Assembly: GCA_951406725.2 (NCBI GenBank)
Contig: OX597818.1
Location: 39,184,001-39,248,000, forward strand
Direction: 5' to 3'
Length of the DNA stretch: 64,000 nt
From: Octopus vulgaris
Taxonomy: Eukaryota
The notes under the pieces: generated by a model
Database searches by the model: none
Told to the model about the DNA's origin: nothing
The model's input: the letters and a program-made list of their open reading frames with translations, nothing else
In this document: piece after piece, positions 1 to 14,600 of the stretch
Layout: the number at the start of each line of letters is the position of its first letter
Position numbering within the stretch: the first letter of the stretch is position 1
Translations under genes and position numbers: made by a program

Positions 1-255
1 TATAGTAAGTCTTGATGTCTAATTTATTTTCAAATGTCAGTATAAACACAAGCTTCTAAACACTTAGACAATACCATTGTCAAATTAAAAATGTTTTACA
101 TGTTTTTTATGTTCTTATCCTCTCTCAACTATATTTCTTTAGTATACAAATACAAAGTTGGAAACTTTAGAAATTCTCCACTTCTAATAATATAATTTCA
201 GGAGAAAAGGTGGCGAACAGGCAGAATTGTTAGCCCACCAAGTAAAATGATTAGT

Positions 256-569
256 TATTGTTGTTTGTTCCTTCTTGAGCCATGCCTGGCTCATAAGGGC
301 CGGTTTTCTGGTTTCCTTGGCGTATAGGTTCCCCACCCGGACGGGACGCCGGTCCGTCGCAGATGAGCTGCAAGATGCAGGAGGAAAGAGTGAGAGAAAG
401 TTGTGGCGAAAGAGTCAGCAGAAGTTCGCCATTACCTTCTGCCGGAGCCGTGTGGAGCTTAAGTGTTTCGCTCATAAACGCACACACATCACCCGGTCGG
501 AAATTCGAACCTGTGATCCCTCGACTGTGAGTCCACTGCTCTAACCACTAGGCCATGTGCCTCCACAAT
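256..569 (-). mobile_element. tRNA-derived SINE inserted into an older SINE (about 207-720)
   Basis: Minus strand has A-box TGGCCTAGTGG and B-box GGTTCGAAT, a (CAA)-rich tail and a flanking direct repeat ATGATTAGT (247-255, 570-578). Related heads at about 8309, 8890, 19065, 35195, 37090, 41153 and 44964. Confidence 0.8.
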
Positions 570-886
570 ATGATTAGTAGCATTTCATCTGTCTTTATGT
601 CCTGAGTTCAAATGCTGCCAGGGTTGACTATGCTTTTCATCCTTTCGGGGTTGATTAGTTGAATACTGGAGCCATTAAAATCAACTCATCCCTTCTCCTA
701 AAATTGCTGGCTTTGGGTCAACGTAATTTCAGAGGAAGTACTGGTTGCATCCAATTTAAGGGACATTGAATAATTCTGACTCCTTTCAGATAATGCTAAG
801 GTTAGTGCAGGAGGGAGAAGTGGATGTTGAGTCATGTGGTGTGTGAACCATAAAGGATTTTTTGAAATCCCAGATATAAATTGTCC

Positions 887-1285
887 TCATCATCATTTAA
901 CGTCCGCTTTCCATGCTAACATGGGTTGGACGATTTTGACTGAGGGCTGGCGAACCAGATGGCTGCACCAGGCTCCAATCTTGATCTGGCAGAGTTTCTA
1001 CAGCTGGATGCCCTTCCTAATACCAACCACTCTGAGAGTGTAGTGGGTGCTTTTTACATGCCACCAGCACGGGGGCCAGTCAGGCGGTACTGGCAATGAC
1101 CCCGCTCAAATTTTTTTACACATGCCACCGGTACAGGTGCCAGTAAGGCGATGCTGGTAACGATCACGCTCGAATGGTGCTTTTTACGTGCTACAAGCAC
1201 AGAAGCCAGTTAGCTGCTCTGGCAATGATCATTCTCGGATGGTGCTCTTTGCACCCCGCTAGCACGGATGCCAGTCATCAGCGAT
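887..1285 (-). mobile_element. RTE-tail retroposon copy ((GAT)n-tailed family)
   Basis: (CAT)n-TTAACGTCCGCTTTCCATGCTA...CAGCTGGATGCCCTTCCTAA core, shared with many copies in the window and with the 3' end of the LINE at 26371-28265. Confidence 0.8.
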
Positions 1286-1537
1286 AAACCATATCAGGGT
1301 ATATTTTAATAGCAATTTGTATGAATCAGTGAATTGGTTTCAAATCAATAAAATCATTAAGACTGCAATCATACTGTTATCTGAGATTAATTAAAACATT
1401 GATCACTATGTAAAAACTTATTCCATTTTGTGAACTCTGTTAATATCTTTTCATGAATATGATGCAGATTCTCAGTAGTTTCCTTGTATTCTAATTCTGT
1501 TCTTTTCTGTGTTTTAATTATGAAACTACAGCTAAAA

Positions 1538-1865
1538 TCATCATCATCATCATCATCATCGCTTAATGTCCGTTTTCCATGCTAGCATGGGTTAGACTGT
1601 TTGACCGGGGTCTGGGAAGCCAGGAGGCTGCACTAGGTTCCAGTCTGATCTGGCAGTGTTTCTACAGCTGGATGCCCTTCCTAACACCAACCACTCCATG
1701 AGTGTAGTGGGTGCTTTTTACGTGCCACCGGCACAGGTGCCAGGGGAGGCTGGCAATGGCCATGATTGGTTGGTGCTTTTTACATGCCACCGGCACGGAA
1801 GCCAGTCAAGGCAGCGCTGGCATCGGCCACATTCAGATGGTGCCTTTTACGTGCCACCAGCATGC
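1538..1865 (-). mobile_element. RTE-tail retroposon copy
   Basis: Same core and (CAT)n tract. Confidence 0.8.
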
Positions 1866-2264
1866 ACAAATATTCAATACATGTATTGCATATATATATC
1901 TATTTAAACCAACATTAATAGAAGGCCATGTATCATTTCCACATACAAGTTGTCTACAATGTAATGGATAATTTTTTTTCATTGCAAATAACCTTCCTAT
2001 CTCATTCTCTCCTGTTGTTCCTTCCTTTTATTCCTTTTTCTCTATATGTAACTTGAAAGCCGCAGATGCATGCATATATACATCCGACCTCAAACATTGT
2101 AGCGCTCACACATACACTGAGAATCAATAACAAATTATTAAAACTAGGAAAAAAAATTAAAAGTATGATATTCATGATTTCTAGATAAGTAAACAATGAA
2201 AATAACAATTTTTTGTCGTCATCTTTTTATTTATTAATTAATTTCTCTACTTTTTGTTTTTCAG

Positions 2265-2411
2265 AACAATTTCAATAAATTCAATAAAATCACTTATGAA
2301 GTAATAGGAGATGATAAGGCACCTGACTACCTCAGGATTGACTCTAACACTGGATCAGTATTTCTGAAACCTACAGCTGATTTAGTATCAACCAATATTA
2401 TTAAGTTTGTG
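2265..2411 (+). CDS. Cadherin gene exon 1 of window (short type, 49 codons)
   Basis: tttcag|[49 protein letters not shown]|gttagt. Confidence 0.85.
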
Positions 2412-5400
2412 GTTAGTATTTGATATTTCTTCATAGAATAATGTAATGGAACAAATATAGCAAAAAACTGCAAAAGGCCCAAATAACGACAAAGATTTTT
2501 ATTATATTAGACATGCTCTTAGTATATAGGAACTTTAACCTATTGTTCTATGCTTCAAGAATCATGGAAAATGTGTATCAGCTAAAAAAAGAAGGGTGAG
2601 AGAATATGGATTGTTGAACTGCAAGAATATCAGGCAACTAGAGGTTTATATTTTGTCACTACTGCTGTATTAATGAGTTGATGAAGCTAGAAATAGCACC
2701 CAACTCTTTTGTAAATGTAATGTCTTAAAAAGGGAAGATGTGTTGACTAGACACAATGTAGTTCAAGATACATGGCGTCTGCAAAGAAAATAAGAGAAAA
2801 ATGAAATGGCCATTGATTAACCATAGAAATGCTTAGTAGAACTGACTTGGAGCTAAACAACAGCAATCACTGTAATGTGTCTGCAGCCAAGACACACATG
2901 CTGCAATGCTTCTGCTCACCTAGCTCTAAGGAGGTATTATAGATCGGTATAATTCACAGCTGTAAGCAGTAGTGGATTGTAACATTTGTAACATTGATGT
3001 CTGCTATATTGTCTGACAATAGCAGAGTTTAATTCTTCATGCATGAAAAACCACCTGTGAGGGATTAACTAACATCTTATCATTTCTTATCTCTAACTTG
3101 TTTCAGTCATTGGACTGTGGCCATGCTGGAGTATTGCCATGAAGGGTTTTAGTCAAACAAATTGAAACCAGTACTTATTTTTTTTTTTAAAGTCTGGTGC
3201 TTATTATATTGGCCACTTTGCCAAACAGTAAAATTATAGGGTAGTAAACAAACCAACACCACTTGCAAGTGGTGAGTTGAGACAAACACAGACACAAACA
3301 CATAAACACATATATACAGACATATATCCACACACACACACACACACACATGCACGTATATGTATATATACACAGTAGGCTTCCACACAGTCTCCATCTA
3401 CCAAGTTCACTCACAAGACGTTGGTCAGCCCCAAGCTATAGCAGAAGACACTTGCTCAAGGTGATGCACAGTGAGACTGAACCTGAAACCGTGTGATTGC
3501 AAAGTAAACTTCATTATTGCACTTATTTATATATAATAACTGGAGACAGGTACCAGTCCAATAGAATGAAAATGTTTGCGAAAGGATTTCATTAAAAGAC
3601 AGTCAATGCTGATACTGCAACAAACATTAATAACTACAATTATTTCTCATGGCTTGAGAAATACATCAGGTATTATTTATCATAAAATGAAATCATATAC
3701 TGAAATATTTACATTTTATGGTTTAAGAAACTGCTCAGGGTTAGCAAAAATGTTTGGTAGAAAATACGCATAAAAAGTGTTCATGCTTAATTAAACTGTC
3801 CACATTTGACAAAATTATAATTAATTTTATAATGATAATCATTATGTTTATTACATCAGCCAAAATGTTTTGCGATATTTGTCCTGCTCCTTTACATTTC
3901 AAGTTCAATTCTTTTCAATTTTTAAGGTCAGCTTTGCCTTTCATCATTTTAGGTTCAACAGCAGTTAAGTACTGGGAGGGGGTTGGGGGTCGATGTAATC
4001 AACTTGCCCTCCCTCCCTCAAAATTTCAGGCCTCATACCTCTTGTAGAAAGGATTATTATGAAGAGGGTGATAGATGGGAAGAATCGTTACCCCTTCTGA
4101 GAAAATATCTTACTGTATTTTTCCCAGCTCTTTAGAACATTGCTTTCATCTTCCAAGGCTGAGAAAATAAAATACTAATCAAGTACTGAAATCAAATCAA
4201 CTGACCCTGTCCCTTCAAAATTGCTACCTTTAGGCCTAATTTACAAATTACTCTTATAATTATGAAGAAATGATTACTATAATTACTTCATTTATAAGTT
4301 GCTTGGCTTCTGGCTTCATACTGTTGCTTGATGGCATCGTCATGCATAGAGCCAACCAGATCCACCATTGTGGCTGTAGTCCTGTGTATGACCTTGTTGT
4401 GGCCAGGGGTTTCCATAGATCCAAAAGAGCATTACTGACTGGAGCTTTGCTCCCGGTAAGGTCAACCTAAGTGGGCTGGTCTCCTGGAGAGGTTCCAGAC
4501 TAATGGTGATCCACGGTACTTCAGCTTATTGCCAAAATGGCAGTCCCCTCATCCGACTAATCTGCAGAGGATGAACAACCTACCCAGAAAAAAACGATCA
4601 ACCTGTTACAACACTGACCTGAAGAAAATAGACTGCTCAACACATTTATAAGTATGAAAAATAAATGCTCTAATTTTGTCTAAATATCACAGTAACATAT
4701 ACTTATTTTTGCTGTAAGGCATCTTATGTTTTGTTGCTCAAGTCCTAAATATAATGAAATTTGTAACGTACATGAAGAAACATGATTTTTCCTTTGTTTT
4801 AATTTTCAGTTAAGAGTTGTGGCCAAAGACGACGGAACACCACCTAAAAGTGCTACTGCAACAGCTATTATTTCAATTAAACGGAATTTCTTTTCACCAG
4901 TATTCACACAAGATCCTATCATCAAGACGATACAAAATAATGTTCCTGTTGGAACAGTTATTGAAACTGTCAAAGCCACAGACAGGGATACTACAGTAAG
5001 AATATATTTACATATATCATCATCATCATCATCATCATCATCATCGTTTAACGTCCATTTTCCATGCTAGCATGGGTTGGGCGGTTTGACCGGGTTCTGG
5101 GAAGCCAGGAGGCTGCCCCAGGCTCCAGTCTGATCTGGCAGTGTTTCTACAGCTGGATGCCCTTCCTAACGCCAACCACTCTGTGAGAGTAGTGGGTGCT
5201 TTTTACGTGCCACCGGCACAGGGGCCAGAGGAGGCTGGCAAACGGCCACGATTAGTTGGCGCTTTTACGTGTCACCATCATAGATGCCAGTCAGGCGGCG
5301 CTGGCATCTGCCATGTTCGGACGGTGCTTTTTACGTGTCACTGGCACGGGTATCTTAACTACAATTTCCATTTGATTTTTATTTTGATGTGTGCTAAAAT

Positions 5401-6339
5401 CCTATTTTCTCTCTTTTTATTCTAATATTTAGCAGTAATGGTTAGATTATGCTTCATTGATGAGTTCTGGTAAAACTTAAATATGAGGTAGTATCAAAAA
5501 GTTCTGTAGGGTGCCAACAGATGGCAGCACAAAATTACATGTGTAGTGGGAGCTAACAATGATCTTCATGGAGCAGTGTGCCAATTGACATCACTGGGTA
5601 TACTTCCCAAGTTGTGAAATTTGTGTTTTTGTGATCACATGTATGTTGTAGTCCATGTTTTTTGTCATGGACTGGAAGTTGGAACAAAGAGCCAACGTGA
5701 AGTTTTGCATTATAAAGCCTTCCCCAGAGACATTGAGCTTGCTTTGGCAAGATTATGATGACAAGGCAATGGGCTGTATGCAATGTTTTTGAATGGCATG
5801 GGTGCTTCAAAAGTGGAAGAATGCCCCTGGAAGATCTTCCACAAGTGTCACCCTTGGAAATGCAGAGAAAATTCATCATCTCCAATGAGGATCATTGGAG
5901 GACAATCAACAATGTTTTGAAGTGTTTGGGAGAAAACAGAGAAAATGACTGAATTGGATTCTTCATGACAAAAGAGATTTAGCACCTGCAAACTTCCATA
6001 ATGAGGAAGAGGTCGAAGTCCGCAGGTGCTAAATCTAACAAATGGAGTGGGTGTGGAAGTGACACCATATTGTTTTTTGGTGAGAAACGACATCCAGACC
6101 AGATTCCAAAAGTGGCAGGAATGCTGGGACCAGTGTATTGCTGTGCAAGTTGACAATTTCAAAGGAGATGATGTTAAAACTTTGGTAAATAGGCAGTAAG
6201 AAGTTTGTTTTTTCAACCACATGGTTCCGGGTTCAGTCCCACTGTGTGGCATCTTAGGCAAGTGTCTTCTACTATATCCTCATGCTGACCAAAGCCTTGT
6301 GAGTGGATTTAGCAGACAGATACCGAAAGAAGTCCATCG

Positions 6340-6374
<35 letters not shown>

Positions 6375-6929
6375 ATATATTTGTGTGTGTGTGTCTGTAT
6401 TTGTCCCGCCACCATCGCTTGACAACCGATGTTGGTGTGTTCATGTCCTCGTGACTTAGCAGTTCAGCAAAAGAGACCGATAGAATAAGTATTAAGCTTA
6501 CAAAGAATAAGTCCTGGGATCGATTTATTCGACTAAAGGTGGTGCTCCAGTATGGCCGCAGTCAAATGACTGAAACAAGTAAAAGAGCAAAAGAGTAAAA
6601 AAGGTTATTTTTTATCAAACATAACCAGTCTGGGAACTTTTTGATACAACCTCATATATCTCATAATACCAATCATCTAATTCATGCCTTGCTACATTCA
6701 ATTTAATGACATACTATATTAAGTATCTTGGTACCTACATTACTATGTATATCTTAGTTTTCCTCACCAAGAATTTTTTCTCACAGTTTCACCTTCTCCA
6801 TCTCTGGCCGACTGTTTAAAGTCACAAAGCTGATGTTGCTAATGTTGTTATCTTCAACATCGTCATCTCCCCCATTCTTCTTCTTCTTCTTCCTCTTCTA
6901 CTTCCTCCTCCTCCTCTCCCTCCTCTTCC

Positions 6930-6960
<31 letters not shown>

Positions 6961-9900
6961 CTCCCTCCTCTTCTACTTCTTCTTCCTCCTCCTTCTCTCC
7001 CTCCTCTTTTAATTCCTATTCTTCCTCCTTCTCTCCCTCCTCTTCTACTTCTTCCTCCTTCTCTCCCTCCTCTTCTACTTCTTCCTCCTCCTCCACCTCT
7101 CCCTCCTCTTCTACTTCCTCCTCCTCCTCCTCCTCTTCTACTTCTTCCTCCTTTTCCTCCTCTTCTACTTCTTCCTCCTCCTCCTCCGCCTCCTCCTCCT
7201 CCTCTTCTACTTCCTCTTCTACTTCCACTTCCTTCCCCTCCTCCTCCTCCTCTTCTAATTCCTCTTCCACTTCCACTTCCTCCTCTTCTAATTCCTCTTC
7301 CACTTCCACTTCCTCCTCCTCCTCCTCCTCTTCTTCTTCTTCTTCTTCCTCCTCTTCTACTTCTTCCTCCTCCTCCTCTTCTTCTTCTTCTTCTTCTTCT
7401 TCTTTTTCTTCTTCTACATCCAGCTAAATATTTTGCATTAGAAAGCATCTCACAGTTCGAATCTGCTTACACATGGCGTCACTGGAGGATCTGCATAGCC
7501 CCCCCACACCCTGCCAAAAAATGCTTTCCTTATAATTTCTAGTGACTCTGGATTTAAGGGGAACTGATTCAGTTGACACTTTAGCCCCATCTCTATAAAT
7601 GTGTAGCCAATGCTAAAGTTAGAAATCAATATCATTGGCAGCTCACCTTACTAAGGTGTCAGGTGATGCCCATGGGGGTGCTTGGCTTTTCCAATGCCTT
7701 AGCCTCACCATCACTTGCAGTAATGCCACAGACGTGCTGACATGCTTCCGTAGGTTCCATTGAACCTTGTGGTATGCAACCAATTGAAGTACTTGGTGTT
7801 GTATTGATGTTTAATCTTTTTTTTCTTTTTCTTTCTCCCCCCTCCCTTTTTTTTGGTTTTTTCCTTTACTTTGCCTTTCTTTTGTAAAATATATTTCTGT
7901 TCATATTTTGAATAAAATTAAATATTTTGTTTAGCAAATTTTACACACACACACACACACAAATATATATGTTAAAAGTTAATCAGTTTGAATAAAATTA
8001 TATATTTTGTTTTGAAAATTTTACACACAGACACACACACACATATATATATATATATGTTAAAAGTGAATCAGTTGGTTATTTTAATTTTCTTAATATT
8101 ACACAGGCACCAAACAATGTTATCAGCTATGAAATATATGGAGAACAGTCTGCTTTACAGTATTTCTTCATCAATCCGAACACTGGAGCAGTTAGTCTAA
8201 TCAAGTCCTTGGTTAATGGTCCTAATCGATTTGATGTAAGTTAGTTTTTGTTTTGAGGTTTTGTTTTTGTCTATGTATGACTGTGTATGTACAAGTATGT
8301 ATGTGTGTAGAGGCACACAGCCTAGTGGTTAGAGCAGCGGATTCGCAGTCGAGGGATCACAGATTTGAATCTCAGACCGGGCGATGTGTGTGTTTATGAG
8401 CAAAACACCTAAGCTCCACGTGGTTACAGCAGAAGGTAATGGTGAAATTCTGCTGACTCTTTTGCCACAACTTTTCTCACTCTTTCCTCCTACATTTTGC
8501 AGCTCACCTGTGACGGACCGGCGTCCTGTCCAGGTGGGGAACCTACACACCAAGGAAACCAGGAAACCAGTCTGGGAATTGAAACCATGATCCTCCGACT
8601 GCGAGTCCACTGCCCTAATCACTGTGCCATTGCACCTCCACTAATGAATGTTCCTTCTCGAGCCATGCCAGGCTCATAAGAGCTGGTTTCCCAGTTTTGA
8701 TGATGTGTAAATTCCCCACCTGGATGGGACGCTGGTCCGTCACAGGATTACCTATTTTTGCCAGCTGAGTGGACTGGAGCAATGTGAAATGTAGTGTTTT
8801 GCTCAAGAACACAACACATCACCCAGTCCAGGAATCGAGACCACAATCATACGATCATGAGTTCAACACCCTAACCACTAAGCCACGTGCCACCACAAAT
8901 CCTAAATTAATGTTTTAAAATGTTTATAAATCTGTATATAAATAGTTTTCAAAATGAATAAGTATATGATTTATTCATATAAATATTTTTCTAGCTTTTA
9001 AAAGCTAGATCTTCATCATCCCTGCACTTGTGTTTACATGTGTGGTAAGCAGACATTATATTTCTCAAAGTCAGATGTCTTTTGTAGACCTTTTCCTTAT
9101 TTCAACTCCTCTTGCAATCTTTCAGGTAAAAATCAGGGCGAAAGATGCTGGCATGCCATCTTTGGCTGATACCATGACTCTACAAGTAACAGTTATTAAA
9201 AGTTCTGGACCAGCTGACTTTACCCAACGGAATTATAACATTACCATTGATGAAGCATTCCCTAAATCATCAATGGTCCTTAATGTACAAATAAACTCAC
9301 CAGTAAGTAATTGTTCTTCAATTGTTTTGTTTCTGTTTTCTTTTTATTTTGTTATTTTGTTGTTTATAAATATTGGTTGGTACTTGGTTGCAGAGACAGT
9401 TGAGTACAACCTGGCATTAATACTTGGGATACAAGGCTTTTCTGTGAAGTTTACAAGTCAATGGCAGAACCTCTTTCATGTTCATTAAACTTGCCAAAAA
9501 TTGTAATCAAATCTCAGTGTTGCCTTTAAAAAAAGAATGATGTATTGTATGAGATAAACTCTGCTTTTAAAGAAGGGGTGGCCATGGTGAGGATGCCTTT
9601 GGGTATATTTGACTAAGACTGACCAAGACTAAACAACAGCAAACAAAACTAACACTGAACTTCACTGAAATGAAAATGACCTTTACAAAGTATGTTCATT
9701 AGAGAAGGAAGAATATGTAATAAATGCTATGTGCTGAGTGAAAGAAGGCCAAAGCTGTTTGCCTCTTCCTTTATTAAACAAGCTATGATTTAAAGCATTC
9801 CAGCAATGCTCATATTGCCTTTTTAAATGTATTTTGCTGAGGCAAAGATGACTGTGGAAAAATTTGTAGTAAAAGTAAAAGGAAAATCCGGAAAAAAGTA

Positions 9901-11590
9901 AAGTTGTAATTTGGAATGTTGGATCTGTTCAATGATATGACACAGGATAAAACCAAATTTTGAAACCAAATTTTGAAACAACAACATAATAATAATGAGC
10001 TTATTGTATTCAGTACTACAATGCATTTTAATAGGTTAGAAGAGGGAGCAGAAAGCAACAATAAGTTAAGCAAAGGAAGATAACAATGATAGCCAAAAGT
10101 GCATATAAAAGAACCATAAAGGGGAAATTGTACATAGACACAGCAGTGTTGGGCAATTTTAGGAAACATGGAATTTTTAAAAGATAGTCTCCTTAGAGCT
10201 AACAACTGACACAATTTATTCCATGCTTTAACAATTCTGGACATGAAAAATGTTTTCAAAAGTCATGGTTGATGCACTGTTTTTTGGGTTTTTTTTCACT
10301 TTATAAAGGCATCTATAAGGAAGAGAACGAGAAACTGAATTCAAAATGCTGACCAAAGTTGTTGGAAATTCAGTAGATAATCTTGTCTGCTTCTATAATA
10401 CCAAGTTGATTGCAAGAGGAAGCAAGACATTCAAGCAAGACATTTAAGATATAGTAAATAACTGACAGAGAATAGTTGTCTAATTGTATGTTTTCTAATT
10501 GTATGTCTCTGGACAGCTTCCAGTAGATTGATATTCTGAACAAGATAGGGGTTCTAGACAGGAGATGCAAACGGAAACTGTGAGTGTATCATAACAAAAT
10601 ACAGCTATAGTTATATATGGTTATGGTATATCTATATGGTGATGGACACAATAAAAATAAGCCATTTAATACAACTCATGTGAGATGACCTCTTCATCAT
10701 CATCATCATCATTATTTAACGTCCGCTTTCCATGCTAGCTTGGGTTGGACGATTTGACTGAGGACAGGTGAACCAGATGGCTTCACCAGTCTCCAATCTG
10801 ATCTGGCAGAGTTTCTACAGCTTGATGCCTTTCCTAACGCCGACCACTCCAAGAGTGTAGTGGGTGTTTTTACGTGTCACAGGCAGCAGGGTCAGTCTAG
10901 TGGTACTGGCAACAGCCATGCTCAAATGGTGTTTTTTATGTGCCACCTGCACAGGAGTCAGTCCAGCGACACTGGCAACAACCACGCTCGAACGTTTTGT
11001 TCATGCGCCAGTAAGGCGATGCTGGTAATGATCACGCTGAAATGGTGCTTTTTACGTGCCACTGGCACAGAAGCCAGACAGCTGATCTGGCAGGGATCCC
11101 ACTCAGATGGTGCTGTTAGCGCTCCACTGGTACAGGTGCCAGTCATCGAATTTGAACTTCTATCATAATTTTATGTAAGAATCATTTGATAAGTTATATT
11201 TCAAATTTCAACTTAAAAGTTCAAATATTTTTGCAACTTTCATCCAGATAATTATTTTCAAAATCAACTGATTCATCAATAAAATTAAGCAGCTTTTTTT
11301 AATACAAGGACCAGGACACATTTTTTGTTATTGGGAAAGAATTGTAAATGTGTTAGAAGTCATGAAAGTGTATCCATATAACCAAAATATTTTAATTTTA
11401 TAAATTACTAATTTAATCTTAAGCCATAGGCACAGCAGTGGGTGTGTGGTTAAGAAGCTTGCTTCCCAATCACATGGTTTTTGGGTTCAGTTCCACTGCA
11501 TGGCACTGAGGGCAAGTGCCTTCTGCTATAGTCCAGGCCAATCAAAGCCTACTAAGTGGAATTGGTAGAAACTAAAAGAAGTCCATTGTG

Positions 11591-11673
<83 letters not shown>

Positions 11674-14600
11674 ATCTTTATATATATATATAGGTATGTT
11701 GATGCAAACAGGAAGGAAAAATGGAACTAAAAATATGAGTATATGTATATTTTTATCAATATTTAGCAGAAGTAACTGAGTGACTCAAGGTCTGAGAGTT
11801 TCGGGTATTGGCACTTACCAAAACTGGATACAGGTGGAACACCTGTGAGTTTATATAGCTGATGATAAATATATTTCGCTCTGGATCATTCCAGATCAAA
11901 TTTTAAAATCCTAATAATGTCATGTGGATAATTCAATAAGCAAATACATAGATAAATAAATAAAGAAATAAGAGAGAAGAAAAGAAAGAAACCTTGTGTG
12001 TATCATCACACATGCACACACACACACACACACTCACATGCACACGCATGCATGTGCACACACACATGTGCGCACACATACACACACAAAAAATCCCGCA
12101 TAAATTTTGCACATAAATATCTATCTTTATATATATGCCCCGTGTTTAAGCTGATGCAATTGAATTCTCTAAATTACATTTATAATGAATTATAGTAAAT
12201 TACATGATTTTGTTTTATTGTTTTAGATGCAATACACCTACAAATTAGTTGGTTATGTACCTGGTACAGAATATTTTGGAATTGCAGAAAATGCTGGTTC
12301 AATATTTGTTAGAAAGGACCTGAAATCTGATACTTTGAATTCACCCACTTACACAGTAAGAGAATTACAGCATTTGCTTTGCTTTGCATGTTTTGCTTAT
12401 CATACTATCATTACCTTCTTGGTCTCCTGTTTTTTTACTTTCTCAACTTTTTGTGGTTAACCCTATACATGTTTGTTTTCAGTGTCAGCAACAGTTGACA
12501 TTGAATATGATAAAATCTGTAGTGAATTTTCTATAACAAATTTAATTGAAATTCTAAGAAATATTTTAGCAATGCTTGCATTTACTCTGTTATAACTTAC
12601 TAGCTGACCATTGTGTCTTGCCCCAGTCCCAGTTTGATTGCTTTTCTGATTCTATGAAATGGATACATTCCATTGACCAGACAGTTCATTTGTTTATCAG
12701 CATCCTCTGGAATGCAGGCTCAGCATGCTTTGGCTGTTAATGTACAAATATACACTGAGGTAGTGCCGTCTGATTTTTCTGGACAGTAAGCATGTTTGGT
12801 CTCTGTTTGTAAGATATGTTTTCCTGCGGCTCATTTCCTTGGTGGATCAGCAGTCATGGGTCAAACTATGATCAAGATTGGATTGAATGCCTTACACTTG
12901 GAATGTTGTTAAATGTTCACTGCACTCTAACAGAGCTGGAAATTCGACTTTAGCAATAGATATGGAGAACTAGTAGCAGGTAAGTGTGATGAGTTCTTGG
13001 GAAAAATTTAGGCTGAGGATGAACTAGGTGACCTGTTTCAAAAGACTTTCTGAACAGATAGAACTTTGGATGATTTTCTAAATTTCTTGACCTGGTAATG
13101 CTACTGAGGGGTACTATCTGTTTAAGATAAACTCTACAGTCATGGACATTCCACCTGGTGGACTGTTCAAGATGTACACAGAGTGATGAAACCATACTTC
13201 ATGCACTCATGCAGTGTCCAAGCTTTGCTGACTTGTGGAGTAATGACAAACAGTTGTTGTCACATGCAGGGTGAATCCATCTATCAACTGAATCCATTGT
13301 GGGGATTACGTCACTACTCACCTTTAACAAAGAGAGGTTGGTGATTATTTTCTGTCTAGTGGCCTTGATGAAAGAATTTGTATTGACAACAAGTCTGAAA
13401 ACATTAAGAACAGACACCTTCTTTGGCTCATTTCAAAAAAATATACTGGTAACTTTCAATGCTAAACTTTTGAAATGCCACTGAAATTTTGGTGCCAGTT
13501 AATCTCTCAAAGAATTCTATCACAAATTTTACTTTGGCTGCTAAAATTATGCATGATAATTTGACTTCACTTGTTAATTTTAGCTATATCATTTGTGATT
13601 TCCTTTACTCATGATTCACTGCAATCACGTTCAACATAATGGTGTACAAAGGCATTTGCATGTTTCCAGTAATTTCCCATATCAGTATAAATCTGTTTTA
13701 TCCTCAAAAACTGGGATTTTAAATTTGACTTAATTATATGATGGTGGTGAAAGTAAATGTGGGATGACATGGGCTTGCAAAATAACTGTCACTATTCTGC
13801 CTCTTGAAAACAACATTTGCATCCCAAAACTCAATGTTAGATTTTGAAAAACTAGACATAAATTTTATGTTGGACTTAAAGCCATAGTTTTTTGTGTAAC
13901 AGTCACAGAAATGCAAGAAGTTAGCTAAACTGTCCTGTGATCCTTCCCTGACAAAAAAAGACCTTGTCAAAGAACTGTAACCAGAGTATTGGATCATGAC
14001 CATGCAGGGGTCTCAATTAATTGTGTTTTGAATTTCATCATGAAGACATTAGTGAAATTAACTGCCATGGGGGTGTCCATGGTTCAACCCCTCGGCTGGT
14101 GGTAAAAACTTTGTCCAGACTTCATTATGCTACTTTGTAACACAAAATTCAATAATTTACAGAGAAAATTAGATGGAATACTTTTGTTTGATCATTCCTG
14201 AAAGGCATTCATGCACGCTTCCATTCCCACATTGTGGTCAGTAATGGAGCATAGTGAAGAAACACTTATGGTTACCAAAAAACAGTTGTTAATTTTGGAT
14301 ACAAAATCAAAAGTATCCTGAATGTAGGAACTCGATTTTTTTGCTACAGGGAGTGGAAAGCCATCCAGCCATTCCAAAATTTTGGCTGTATAACATTCAT
14401 ATCTGCTGCAAACTGGGCACATTGGAAGAAATTTTTGAACCTTTTGTTTATTTTGGGGAGATCATAGAATACAATTTTCTTTGTTCTGATCTTAAATAGT
14501 CAAGCATATTTTAATCTTGAAACATTTCTATATTGTTGTTTTCATCATTGTCATCATCATCATCATCATTATGTTATGCCTATTTTCCCATGCTGGCATA

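Noticed and set aside
1656-1907. Recurrent [14 protein letters not shown] peptide ORFs suggesting a gene family
   Set aside because: They are antisense readings of the RTE-tail repeat core, and the frames break differently in each copy.
4290-4610. GC-richer block resembling a non-LTR element 5' UTR
   Set aside because: The resemblance is from memory only; there is no ORF, TSD or second copy in the window to support it.
6822-7448. 208-aa RG-rich and 97-aa E-rich minus-strand ORFs
   Set aside because: They are translations of the (CTT/CCT)n microsatellite, with no splice or domain support.
9121-9131. CAG|GTAAAA at the exon 4 acceptor as a recursive splice site
   Set aside because: Weak donor match, and it is simply explained by a Val codon at the exon start.
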